Positions 1-12,000 of a DNA stretch of 64,000 nt are shown piece by piece. The DNA lies in NCBI RefSeq assembly GCF_018350175.1, contig NC_058382.1:17484001-17548000 (forward strand), read 5' to 3'. Both the position numbers and the translations under genes were made by a program. Every line of letters begins with the position of its first letter. Positions within the stretch are counted from its first letter, which is position 1. The notes under the pieces were generated by a model that had not been told where the DNA came from, did not search any database, and saw nothing but the letters and a program-made list of their open reading frames with translations. The stretch comes from Felis catus. Lineage: Eukaryota.

Positions 1-34
1 TACACCTTTAATGCAGTATTTATTTACTTTTAAA

Positions 35-230
35 GCTTATTTATTTATTTTGAGAGACAGCATGAGTGGGAGAGGGTCAGAGAGAGAGGGAGAGAGAGAG
101 AATCCCAAGCAGGTTCTGTGTTACCAACGCAGAGCCCGATGTGGGACTCGAACCCATGAAGCTGTGAGAGCGTGACCTGAGCCAAAACCAGGAGTGGGAC
201 GCTCAACCGACTAAGCCACCCAGGCACCCC
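35..230 (-). mobile_element. Can-SINE (carnivore tRNA-derived SINE)
   Basis: Reverse-complement of GGGGTGCCTGGGTGGCTTAGTCGGTTGAGCG head, (CT)n tract and A-rich tail. Confidence 0.9.
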
Positions 231-245
231 TTTAATGCAGTATTT

Positions 246-464
246 TATTTATTTATTTATTTTTAATGTTTATTATTTTTGAGAGAGAGAGACAGAGAGC
301 AAGCAGGGAAGGGGCAGAGAGAGAGGGAGACACAGAATTGGAAGCAGGCTCCAGGCTCTGAGCTGTCAGCACAGAGCCCGATGTGGGGTTCGAACTCACA
401 GACCGTGAGATCATGACCTGAGCTGTAGTTGGCCGCCCAACTGACTGAGCCACCCAGGCGCCCC
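246..464 (-). mobile_element. Can-SINE (felid type)
   Basis: Full head-to-tail SINE flanked by TTTAATGCAGTATTT direct repeats. Confidence 0.9.
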
Positions 465-1153
465 TTTAATGCAGTATTTTAAAATAAATTCCAGATATTA
501 GTTCTTTTGCCCATAAATATTTCAGAATGTTTTTCCAACAGATGACTATTTTAAAAACATAAACCAGGACAATTATCATACCTAGCAAAATTAATTTCTT
601 ACAACTATCCAGTGCCCAATTCATGCTCAATCTTCCCCAACTGTTTTAAAATGTCATTTTATGGAATGATTTGTTGCAGACAAGGTCTATAACCTGCAAC
701 TAGATGTTTCTTAAATCTCTTTTAACCTATAACCCCACCCTACCCCCATGAATGTAGAATCTCCCACTTTGTAGATTTGTCCAGTTTCATAAACTACTCT
801 CTCAGCTTCATGTAGAGGAGCAGATTGTTGGGGGAGGGCAGAGTGGCTGTGGGTAAGGGCGATCAGGAAGGAGGCTGTTGCAAAAGCCCAGGCAGGAGAG
901 GATGGAGGCTGAATGGAAGGGGCAACAGAGGTAGGAGAGGTGGGCTGATGCTGGGTGTTTAAAAGGTGGAAGAATGGGATGTGGGTTGGTGGTAGGGCCT
1001 GGGTAGGAGGCAGGGACAGCTTCTAGCCTGGGAGACAGAGGTCTGGAGCCCAGGGACCTCCCGATGTGTGTGTCCTCAGGGAGGGGTGTGACCGGACCTG
1101 ATATTGCTGACCCCATAACCCCACTGACCCCGTAACCCCACTGCCCCTGGCAG

Positions 1154-3532
1154 GTTCCCACTGAAGGATGGCCCCCGGCTGCGGGCCTGGCTGCGGCACA
1201 TGGGCCATGAGGACTGGGTGCCCAGCTGCCACCAGCACCTGTGCAGCGAGCACTTCACACCTTCCTGCTTCCAGTGGCGCTGGGGTGTGCGCTACCTGCG
1301 GCCTGATGCAGTGCCCTCCATTTTCTCCCCAGCGCCGCCTACTGAGGTGAGCAAAGGGAGGTCCCACCACTGGCGTCTGACCCCCAGTCTTCCCCACCTG
1401 GAAATAATCCATGGAGTCTGATCCCCAGCCCTCCTCTCCTGAGGGAGGTCCCTCCTCCAGTCTGACCCTATGCCCTTCTCTCCTGAGGGAAGTCCCTCTT
1501 TGAGGTCTGGCCTTACCTGATGGCAGTACCCCTTGGAGTCTGGCCCTGATGCCCCCCACCCCATGCTTTGTCTTCCAGAAGCACCAGAGTACCCGAAGCA
1601 CCGAGAAGCCAGTCGTGTCTCCCTCCCCACCAGACGTCACGCCCCCGACCCCTGGCCCAGCTCTCTCGGCCCCTGGCCCTGTGCACCTTGTGGTACTAGG
1701 GCCAGCACCCAGAGGCCCCGAGGCCGCGGCCACCGTGTTCCTGGCCCCCCTGATCCTTCCTCCTGCTCCTGCCAGGCCACGGCCTGGAGTTCGGGCCCAG
1801 CACCCTCTGGCCGGGCTGGGCACTATCCTGGGAGCACTGCAACGTCGTGTGCGGAGGCTGCAGCGGCGCCAGGAGCAGCACCAGGTGCAGCTGCGGGCTC
1901 TAGAACAGCTGGCGCAGCAGCTGTGCAAGGAGAGCCTGCCGGCTGGGCGCACCAGGACCTGCTCTGCCTGGTGATGTGGCCACCTGGCCCCCGTGGCATA
2001 TGTATTTTCATTTAAAAGTCAGAACATTTCATTCATGTTTCCACATTTCTGGCTTTTCTTGAAAAAAAAAGTCAGTTTCGCAATGCCTACCCACTATTGG
2101 TCAGAGCAGGGTAATGGCTGTTCCGTATATTAATAATATTTAAGGGGCCTTTACTCTCTGCCAGACAGAGTTAATAACTTATTGAAAACTCACTGTGACC
2201 TTGGTACTGCGGTTGTCCCCATTTTTCAGATGAAAAGTCAGGCACAAATCTCGCCCAAAGTCAAGCAGCCAGTAAGTTGCAGAACCTCGATTCAAACGGT
2301 TAGAGAGCTCCTGCCTGGCCCCTGTGGAGCGTGAGTTTGCAGCCCATCTAGTAGAGTCTCCCGAGCCCTATCTAAAGGCGCTTTTGCTCCTATAGTTTAC
2401 TTCTGAATATTGGAGGAGGGCATTGTGTCTTTAAGAATTTGACCAGGCCTTTTCCCTGCTTCAAACCCTAGGGCCAACTTTGAGGTCCTAGGGCTCTCAG
2501 CCCTGCCTGGACAAGAGATAGGAAGGGGTTTCAAAAAGGAGCCCCCAAAGTAGCTCTGTGGCTAAGGTGTCTGCCTGCTGGCCAGTAGGTTGTACACAGC
2601 TAACAGATACGATTTTTTCTGGCCTCACTGGTGCTTTAAAATAATTTTTGGTCTTTCCTGAAGGCTCAGCAGATTTAGCAGCAGTCAGCTAGGAACAGTC
2701 AGCTAGAACTGCAGTGTGGCTGCCCCTGGAGGCTTTGTGTTTGAGACTGTGGCCTAACCATGCTGGGGCACAAGAGGGACATACAGAGTGTAGGGACAGA
2801 CCTCAGACTCAGGTCTGGGATTCTTCAGCCTGCCATGGTCCCTGGGCCGACAGTGTCTCTCTGCCTCCCCTGCCCCCATTCAATCTATGTGTTTCAATCT
2901 CCTCCTCTCTCCTCCCACATTCATCTTTATGTTTCTGATGCCCCATCTCTCTTCCCTCCTGTCTCTCCATTTCCCCATGTCTCTCTTCATCTGCATCTTT
3001 CTGTGTCCCCCATCTATGTCTCTCTCTGTCTTCTCCTGTGTTTGCCTATCCCCATATCTGTCTCTCGACACCCCCCCCCCATTTCCCTGTTTCTCCATAC
3101 CTCTTTATTCCCCCATGAATGTCTCTCTGGCCTCACATTTGTTTCCCTGTCTCCCCACAAATCTCTGCCCACATCTCTCTGTGTTCCTTGACACCCCCCT
3201 CCCACATCACCCTCCATGTTCCTCACCATTTCTTCCCCCCTTTTCCTTCCTTCCCTCTCTTCTTCCCTCCCCTCATTCCCCTGTGTTCTCCATCTCTATC
3301 ACTTCTTTGTCTGGGAATGCCCAGCTCCCTGGATGTGAGGAGTCCCATTATCTGTGGAGGGTCTGACATAGGTGTGGTCCTTGCCCAAAGTCCTGCACTT
3401 CTCACACTGGATGCCAAGCCTGAGCTCCTGGACACTCAGACCCCCCCTGGACACTCAGACCCCCTGGACACTCAGACCCCCACTCAGACCTGGACACTCA
3501 GACCAGGACGGATAATGTTGCAGGACAGATGA
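1154..3532 (+). CDS. THAP8: THAP domain-containing protein 8, 3' coding exons (exon 1 is upstream of the window)
   Basis: Exon 1154-1346 encodes FPLKDGPRLRAWLRHMG..LCSEHFTPSCF..LRPDAVPSIF (THAP zinc finger with AVPSIF box). Exon 1579-1970 is Pro-rich plus coiled coil LQRRVRRLQRRQEQHQ. Probable last exon 3325-3532 encodes IICGGSDIGVVLAQ..DAKPELLDT. The exon 3/4 junction is inferred. Confidence 0.9.
3428..3504 (+). repeat. Tandem repeat (CTGGACACTCAGACCCC-like, ~5 units) in the THAP8 last exon
   Basis: The CACTCAGACC core occurs five times between 3433 and 3504. Confidence 0.85.
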
Positions 3533-5498
3533 CAGAAGACAGAGGAAGAGCCACTCATCATACATGGGTCTGCCTAGCCCCACCGCCCATGCCTGGGCCA
3601 TTGCAGCTCCCTCAAGGGTCTGGTTCCAAGTACCCCCTCCTAAGGAACCCCTTGAACCTTGGGGCTGACCAAGGCCCAAGCCTCATCAGTCCCTGTTCCC
3701 CTTGGTGCCAGGTTCCTGCCATTCCTAGTTTGAACCTTTGCAGTCAGTAAAACAGTCTCAGAGCAGAACAAGAGTTGTTTATTTGGGGAGAATTCTACCT
3801 GGTTCTCATACCCTTTGCGAAGTCTGGCGCTGAGCTGGGTGTACAGCAGTGAACACAGCTGACAAAGTCCTGCCCTCATGGTGTTTCTATTCTGCTTGAG
3901 TAGAATATAAACCAGTCAACTAATAAACAAGATAATTTCAGATTGTAATAAGCGCCGTAAAGACTAAACGAAAATGTAATGGAGTGGGGGTGGCACTGGC
4001 AGATGGCTGGAGAAGAGGACTCTAAGGAGACAATGTTCGAGCAGAGACCTGGATGAGAAGGACCTGGCCCGGAAGGCATACGGACTGGATCTTCCAGGGA
4101 GCAGCACACCCCCTGCAAGTGCCCAACATCTAGGGTGTCAGCTGGAGGAGGGCAGTGTTGCTATGGTAAAAACTGAAGCAGGGAAGGGAGTATGTGTGGG
4201 GGATGCAATTTTAGATAGAGCGGAGAAGGTCTCACTGAAAAGGCGCCAAGAAGTAAAATCCTAAACTAGGGGAGAGAGGAAACCAAGCATCTGGGGAGGA
4301 GCATTCTGGGCAGAAGGAACGGCCAGTGTAAAGGTCCTGGGCTGAGAAGGAGCAAGGAAGTCAGCGTGGTGGGCAGTGAATGTGGGGGGGGGGAGTGAGA
4401 GGAGGAGAGGGTGGAGAGATGATAGTGGAAAGTCCACCTAGGGCCTTGTGAGCTGTGGTTGAGAACACTAGCTTTTATCTAGAGCGAGGTGCAGCAAGCA
4501 GATGTCTCTGAATGGAGGAGGGCCCTGATATGATATGTTAGGTCCCTGTGGCTGCATTATAGGGAGCAAGTTGTGGGGTAAGGGAGAACACAGTCCAGGT
4601 GGGAGAGGATGAAGGACAGACCAGGATGAGGGCCGGGGTGGGGGGCGAGGGATGAAACTAGCCCTGCCCATTAGAAGGATGAGGGGCGGGAGGCAAAGTA
4701 GCCCAGTCCTCTTTGGGCTGGAGTGGTAGGCAGTGCCAGCTCTGGTCACCAGGCAAGAGTGACAGCCAAACCAGGGTGATGGAGCCAGGAAGGCTTGGAC
4801 TCTGAGCTGGCTCCAGGAGGTCTTCCCCCAAGGGGAGATACAGGTTCCGAGAGGGTTGGAGGGGTTCATTGGCAGATCTGGCCCCTACACACTGCTACAG
4901 CCACATGTAGCATGGTGATGAAGAGCCCAGACTCTCCAGCCAGGCCGTCGGGTTTCCAGCAGGCTGTCTGGTTTCTTAGCTCCAGCATCTGCTTGCTGTG
5001 TGCCCTTGGGCAAGTAGCTTAACCTCTCTAAACCTGGTAAGTGCTCTCTGAGCACTCAGTGATGATAACCACGGTAACTAATGACCCTCGATGATGAAAG
5101 GAGTCTACAAAATCATCCCTCTGAGACACCCCTTATATGCGGTGACCATGGAGAAGGGTCAGGTCTGAGATCTCAGAGAGAGGAAAACACTCATAACCAC
5201 CACCACACTGAGACCCCTGCCCTAACTGGCCTGGTTTGTGGGCCTGCGGGAAGGAAGGCTCTGTCCCAGGGGGACGGACAAAAAACTGTGCCCGCTTTCC
5301 CATCCCTCTCCTTCTTGCCCTTGTCTCTGCTTCATCTCTTTCTGTTTTGATGTCTCACATCCTTTTTCGTGGCCATCTCTTCTTTTCTCTCTCCATCCTC
5401 CGTGTCTATCCTCTTCACGACGACGCTGCCTCAAGCCCTTTCATCAAAGCCTGGAGCCTCCCAGTATCTCCGCCCCCGCGCCTGGTTGGGGGTATCAC

Positions 5499-5510
5499 TG
5501 CGCATGCGCA
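5499..5510. promoter_or_regulatory. NRF1-type palindrome TGCGCATGCGCA in the CLIP3 promoter/exon 1 region
   Basis: Perfect match to the NRF1 consensus in CpG-containing sequence upstream of the first donor GAG|GTAAGA (5666/5667). Confidence 0.65.
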
Positions 5511-6049
5511 TCAGCGCCCCTCCTTCTCCACCCCCATCCCCTGTCGGCGTCTGGGCCTCGTCCCCTTCTGTCTCCCTCTCCTCCCCCATCACTTCCCCCA
5601 ACACTGACACCCCATTACTCCAGTCTCCCCAGTCTCAGCTTTGGTCCCCAGCCCCATCAGTCCGAGGTAAGANNNNNNNNNNNNNNNNNNNNNNNNNNNN
5701 NNNNNNNNNNNNNNNNNNNNNNNNNNNNNNNNNNNNNNNNNNNNNNNNNNNNNNNNNNNNNNNNNNNNNNNNNNNNNNNNNNNNNNNNNNNNNNNNNNNN
5801 NNNNNNNNNNNNGGGGGAAGTGGTAGGCGCTGGGCCCGCATACCAGGGTCCTCTGACGGCTGATGGTCGTCGCTATGATTGCCCAAAATCCAGAGCTGGG
5901 GGTGTGGGAGTCACTGGGGGCCTTGGAGCTTCTGGGGGCTCAGACCCTAGACCTTGTTGGGGGCTCTCTGTAACTGGCCTCTGTCTCCAGGATTGGCCTG
6001 AAAGCCGCCCCCAAATCTGCACCCGCCCCCCGGAGGGCCACTGAAGACC

Positions 6050-9000
6050 ATGACTAAGACAGATCCCGCTCCCATGGCCCNNNNNNNNNNNNNNNNNNNN
6101 NNNNNNNNNNNNNNNNNNNNNNNNNNNNNNNNNNNNNNNNNNNNNNNNNNNNNNNNNNNNNNNNNNNNNNNNNNNNNNNNNNNNNNNNNNNNNNNNNNNN
6201 NNNNNNNNNNNNACGGTAACCATCCTCCCCACCCTGCAATTTTGTTTGGAGCCATGGGTGGCCAGAGAGGTTGGGCTGAGCTCTGCTGGTGGTGATGGTG
6301 GGGAGATTCTGGGTGATTTAAAAGTGGTCTGGGTGAGTGGTGGCCATTGCATCCCCCTTTGGTTAATTTATTCATTCACCCGTTGGAGAATGAAATTGGA
6401 ACAATCCTAATCTTTGATTCATGACACATCATTCAATCATTTAGTCATTCAACAAACATTTACTGAAAGCTTGTGGTGGACCTGGCTCTATGCTAGGAGC
6501 TGGGGCAAAGCATGGAGCCAGACAGACCCAGTTGTTGCCCTGAGAGAATTTACAGGCCTCAATGGCAACCACACAGATAAGTATAATGTAATATAAATAT
6601 ATAATTATAAGACATGATGAGAATTGTGTTTGCCAAGGATGGGATGCTGCAAGAGCTTTTTAAGACATGGTTTCTATGAGGGGTAACATTTGAGGGAGAC
6701 CCAAGGATGAGTTGGGGTTTAACAAGGGAAAGGGGCAAGGGAGGGAGTACCTAGAGAGATAACTGCAGGAGTAAAGGCTCCAAGGTAGGAAGGTGTGGAG
6801 CTGAGAGGGTATTTTCTTGGAGAAACTGAAAGTGTCTAACCATTCACCAAGCATATTTATCCATTGCTACTAGTCTGTGATAAGATTTATGTTGGGTGAT
6901 CTCTATCATCTTCTATTAATGGTGAGTGACCCAGGCATCATCCCTGCTCTCAGAAGGGAACAAATAATAGATCAATCAGATACATTCAGATGGAGTGAGT
7001 GCTATGAAAGAAATAAAAGTTGGACATATAAGGGGGGGGCAGGGGGCAGCACCTTGAGACGGAGTGGTCAGAGTGTGTCTTTCTGACAAGGTAGCATTTA
7101 GGCTGAGACCCAGAGGATGAGAAGGAATCAGCCATAAGAGAGCTGGAGAAAGACAGTTCCGGGCTATCTTTTGCAAGTGCAAAAGCCCTGGGCCAGGAAC
7201 GAAAGGCAATCTTGGAGCTGTAGTAAGGGAGTGATGGGAGTCGAGGTGAGGGTTTGGCAATGACTAGATCTGGGGGGCCTTAGCGGCCACTGCGAGGACT
7301 TTGGATAAGTGTGATGAGAGAGCAGTTGGTAGGGAGGTATTTAAAAGCAGAGGAGTGGCAGATCTGATTTATATTTTTAAAAACTCCCTCTGGCTGCTGG
7401 GTAGAGAGGGTGGAGGAGGCTTTTAGAAGATGTTGTCTGGGAATCCCCAGCAGCTGTAAGTTCAAAAACTAGGCACCATGTTCAAAGAGTGGGCATCACT
7501 AGGATAGGGTAGAAGGGATGGCATCTGTGCTCATGTCACCCACTAGAGGTGGGTCAGAGAGGCTACAAGTTGACTTCAGTCTGATAGAAAAATAAGAACA
7601 TTCGTCCCAGGTGACGAATCCACCCCAGGGAACTGGAAAATCTCCTTTGGAAATGTGTCTAGATGTGGCTGGGGCTTGTACCCTGGTGGAAGTCAGAGAG
7701 TGTAGGCTGCTCCCTGCCTGACCCTCACCTCCCTCAGAATCTTGCTTCTAGAACGAGGAGGGTTTGACCACCGAACATGAAGGAATCTGGAAATGTGGTC
7801 TAGGACAGAGAGGGGGCTATGATGGACTCTGAGAAGAACTTGTCTATTTGTGTATCAAAGTTGTACAATTAATTCCGCAGAGATTGATTGATCACCTACT
7901 GCATGCCAGCTACTGTGCCAGGCCTTGGGGAGAAGGAAGTGAACAAGGCAGCACAGAAACACAGTGCTTACATCCTAGCGAGGGAGACAAGTGAGACAGG
8001 AAAAGAGGGAAGGAGAAAGGGAAGGAAAGAGGAGTAAACAAGTTAATGTTAGCAGTGGTAGGTGCCGTGATTACAGCAATAAAAAAGGTCAGGAGATGGA
8101 GACGGGCAGAGGTGCTGATGTACACAGAGTGGTCTGGGGAGGCCTCCCTGAAGAAGTGACATCTGAGTAAAACCTGCAACACCTTGAGAAGGCTTGAGGG
8201 AAGACTGTCCCGGGCAAGGAAAATGCCGAGCGCAAAGTGCCTGAGAGGAATTTGCCTGGCGTGTTGGAAGGACAGAAGGAGCCAGTGTGGCTGGGTGGAA
8301 TGAGTGAGGGCGAGAGGGCAGAGAACACACTGGCCTCCGGTTTGTGCAGGGCCCGTGGGCTGTGGAGAGAATAGTGGTCGGTGCTTTGAGTGTGGTGGGA
8401 GCCAGGGCAGGGTCTGAGCCAAGGGGGGCTGTGCGTGCCGGGACTGTGGTTTAAAGAGGAACACAAAGGCTGATTCCTGGAGATGCTGTCTCTGTGGGTG
8501 TGTATCATCCGGATACACATCCAGAGCTATGTATCATCTGGGAATTCATTTACTCACTCAGTATGCACTGAGTTCCTGCCCTGCGCCAGGCCATGTGCTG
8601 GGTGTTGACAATACCACAGAAAGCAACACACATCACGGCCTAATAGGGGGAGATGGAAGTTCCTCTGGGCACCACCCTGGCTGGCCACAGGTTGGATCCT
8701 GCCCATGGGTACGTTTTATGTGTTCTACACAGTATTTGAAAAATTGGGGAGATTTTTCTGAAAAGCCAGCTTTTCTGGCTTTTTGTTTTTACTTGAGATT
8801 TAGCCAAACTGTGCCCATACTTGGCCAGGGCAACGGTGGGCTAGAGCAGTGGCAGCCTCCCTCCTCCCAGGGGCATGCAGACTCGAGGTACTGCACTCCC
8901 TCTACACTCATTTCCAGGGGTGCAGTTTGCTGCTCTGTGGGATTGCCAGATCTTCCAACTTTTCAAGACACATGGGGCATGCAGTTTTCTGTGAAACCTC

Positions 9001-12000
9001 CTGATTTTGAAACCTTATGCTGGGCAACAGAAAATGCCTGTAGCCCATGCACCATGTGGTTTGAGACCATGTGTTAGAGGGCATTAAAGGCAAAGGCCTA
9101 GAGCTGCCCTGCCTCAGGATGGAAAGAGGGGATCAGCTTGCCTGGGATGACTTTGAACTTCTCACTGCCCTAGCCTTCACGTTCTTCGACCCCAATGACC
9201 CGGCGTGCCAGGAGATTCTTTTTGACCCGCAGACCACCATCCCTGAGCTGTTCGCCATCGTGCGCCAGTGGGTGCCCCAAGTTCAGCACAAGATTGATGT
9301 CATCGGCAATGAGGTAAGACGCTTGGGAAGCCAGGGAGGGGGAGGATGGGGTCCCTCATGTATTTGGGTAAACCTCCCTGATTCCGTCCCAGATTCTGCG
9401 TCGAGGCTGCCATGTGAATGACCGTGATGGGCTGACCGACATGACACTGCTCCACTATGCGTGCAAGGCTGGAGCCCATGGAGTCGGTAAGGTCCAAACC
9501 CCCAAGCCACCAGCCCCCAAACCTAGACGCCCAGACATGACACCCTCAGAATCACCCAGAATCCTGGCCCTCAGACCCCCACTGTGAACCCGCAGCCTAA
9601 GATCCCAAAGCACAGTCCCTAAGGCCTAGGGCCTTCCCCACACCCTGGGCCCAGGCTTTGGAGGAGGGGACGCAAGCTGACCTGGGCTGTCGTGCAGGGG
9701 ACCCTGCGGCGGCTGTGCGCCTTTCACAGCAGCTGCTGGCGCTGGGTGCGGACGTAACACTGCGCAGCCGCTGGACCAACATGAATGCTCTTCACTACGC
9801 TGCCTACTTCGACGTTCCCGACCTTGTGCGCGTGCTGCTGAAAGGCGCCCGGCCAAGAGGTGAGCGGGAGGGTCGGGGCTTGGAGGGAATGGGACCCAGG
9901 ATAAGATGGGGGCTGGAAGCAGGAGGAGGGTGCCTCTGTTGTGTGCTGGGGGCCGGGAGAAGATGTGCTGGGAGATGGGGAGACATGAAGAAGGCAGGGC
10001 AGCTGAGTGATGGGGCAGAGCTGAGGTCTGGCCTGGGAAGGGAGAAGGGACCAGGATCCGAGATGATGGTGGTAGGGTGGAGGTAGGAGGTGTGAGAGAC
10101 AGGGTCCAGATATCCATGACCCATCCATCCCCGGGGCTGGACAGGACCCTTCTGGAGGGGCTGGGCTCTGCAACACGAGTCTGTGGGAGGCACTCGGGTC
10201 TGCGGGGTTAAGAGATGGACTTGAGCTGGGGACTCTAAGGTGGCAAGGTGGCCTACGGGGGGTGGGGTGCCAAGTCCACTCACCCGGAACCCTCCTCTCT
10301 CCCACACCCCAGTGGTGAACTCCACGTGCAGTGACTTCAACCACGGCTCAGCCCTGCACATCGCTGCCTCCAACCTGTGCCTGGGCGCAGCCAAATGTTT
10401 GCTGGAGCATGGTGCCAACCCGGCGCTGCGGGTACTACATCCCTGTCCCAGCCCCCATTCTCTTCCTTCTCCTTCCTTCCCCACCCCCTTTCCCAGCCAG
10501 CGGAGGAGAGGGAGGCCAGAACTGCTTGCGTTTCTAGAAGTTCATTACAAAAATCATCTACTATACATTCAACAAATGAAATGATAGCTGGTGTTTACTT
10601 AGTGTTCATGATATGTCAGGTGAACTCTGTTATGAGCCCTATTAGAGAAACTGAAGCTGAGAGAGTAAGTGATTTATCCAGGGTTACCCATCAAAGAATA
10701 TCTTCTTTCAATCTTGGCTGACCCTGGGGCTGTGTGTAGATTATATTTCAGGATCGTGAAAAAAGTTGAGACTCTCTGTGAATGAGAAGGTTGGGTCCCC
10801 CCATAAGCCCTCAGTATGATCTTTGATCTCCAAAGCATCCATTTCCAACACCAGTTACTCTGCATTATTCCAGGCTCAGATATCCTAGGGAAACATGGCC
10901 TGTGTTCCTGAACCCCTGCCTCTCCTCATTCCCCATTGGCCCAGTTGGACACCTGACCCAGTACCACAGGAGACCATTTTCAATGTTCATCCCTCACATG
11001 GTCTCATTCCAGGCTTGGGATCTTTGGGGACATGGCCTCCCTGAGAGCATGACCTACAGACTGAAGTGTGACCTTCATTCCCTGTTGGCTCCACCCCTAG
11101 TTCCACCCTGAATTACTTGAAATCCCCAGCCTGAGGTTGAGGGTGGACTTCCCTGGGGACGTGGTCTACAACTTAATGCCTCACCCCTTCTTATTCCCAT
11201 GATGGCCTAAGGGATGGCCTGGATCTGCCTTTGCTTTACATGGTCTAGGGGTCTCTGGGAGCTTGGGCTCGGTGGAGGTACAGCCTATGCCACTGAATTC
11301 TCACTTCCTTTTTTCCCATTGGCCCCCAGAACCGAAAGGGACAGGTGCCAGCAGAGGTGGTCCCAGACCCCATGGACATGTCCCTGGACAAGGCAGAGGC
11401 AGCGCTGGTGGCCAAGGAGCTGCGAACACTGCTGGAGGAGGCTGTGCCACTCTCCTGTGCCCTCCCCAAGGTCACACTACCCAACTATGACAACGTCCCA
11501 GGCAATCTCATGCTCAGTGCATTGGGCCTGCGTCTGGGAGACCGCGTGCTGCTGGATGGCCAGAAGGTCAGGGCCTGGGGAAAGGTGTGGAGAGCAGGAG
11601 TCAGCCCTCGTGCCTCAGAGTTGGGTCTTTGGACAGAGTGTAGACCCTCCCCTTTGTCCACCCCTCCACCCCCTCCACCCCCATCATTCCTACAGTATTT
11701 ATTTCATCTAACAGTCATTCTTTGAGTGCTTCCTTTTGCCCCAAGGCTGAGCTCTCAGTCCAGGGAGGGAAGGCAGATCTATCAGTTGACAGTGACAGCC
11801 CAGAATAGTCGTGGCGGTCATGAGGTAGCACAAACAGAGTGATCAGTGCAGCTCTGCACATGTGAGTTACCCTGGGCCTTGTGATCCCCAGTCAAGGCCC
11901 ACCTCTGCTCCCAGAGGCGTCAGCACTTTGGGAAAAAAGGACAGGTCAGAACAATCAGGGGTATTGTGGGATGGAGGCACCCACTTCAAGATAAGGAGGA

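Noticed and set aside
1023-1952. 309-aa minus-strand ORF
   Set aside because: Antisense shadow of GC-rich THAP8 exons; no recognisable domain
2760-3310. Overlapping hydrophobic or Pro-rich ORFs
   Set aside because: Artefact of a CT-rich low-complexity intron
7910-9077. 180-200 aa ORFs in CLIP3 intron 2
   Set aside because: They overlap old L2/DNA-element-like sequence and show no splice or domain support
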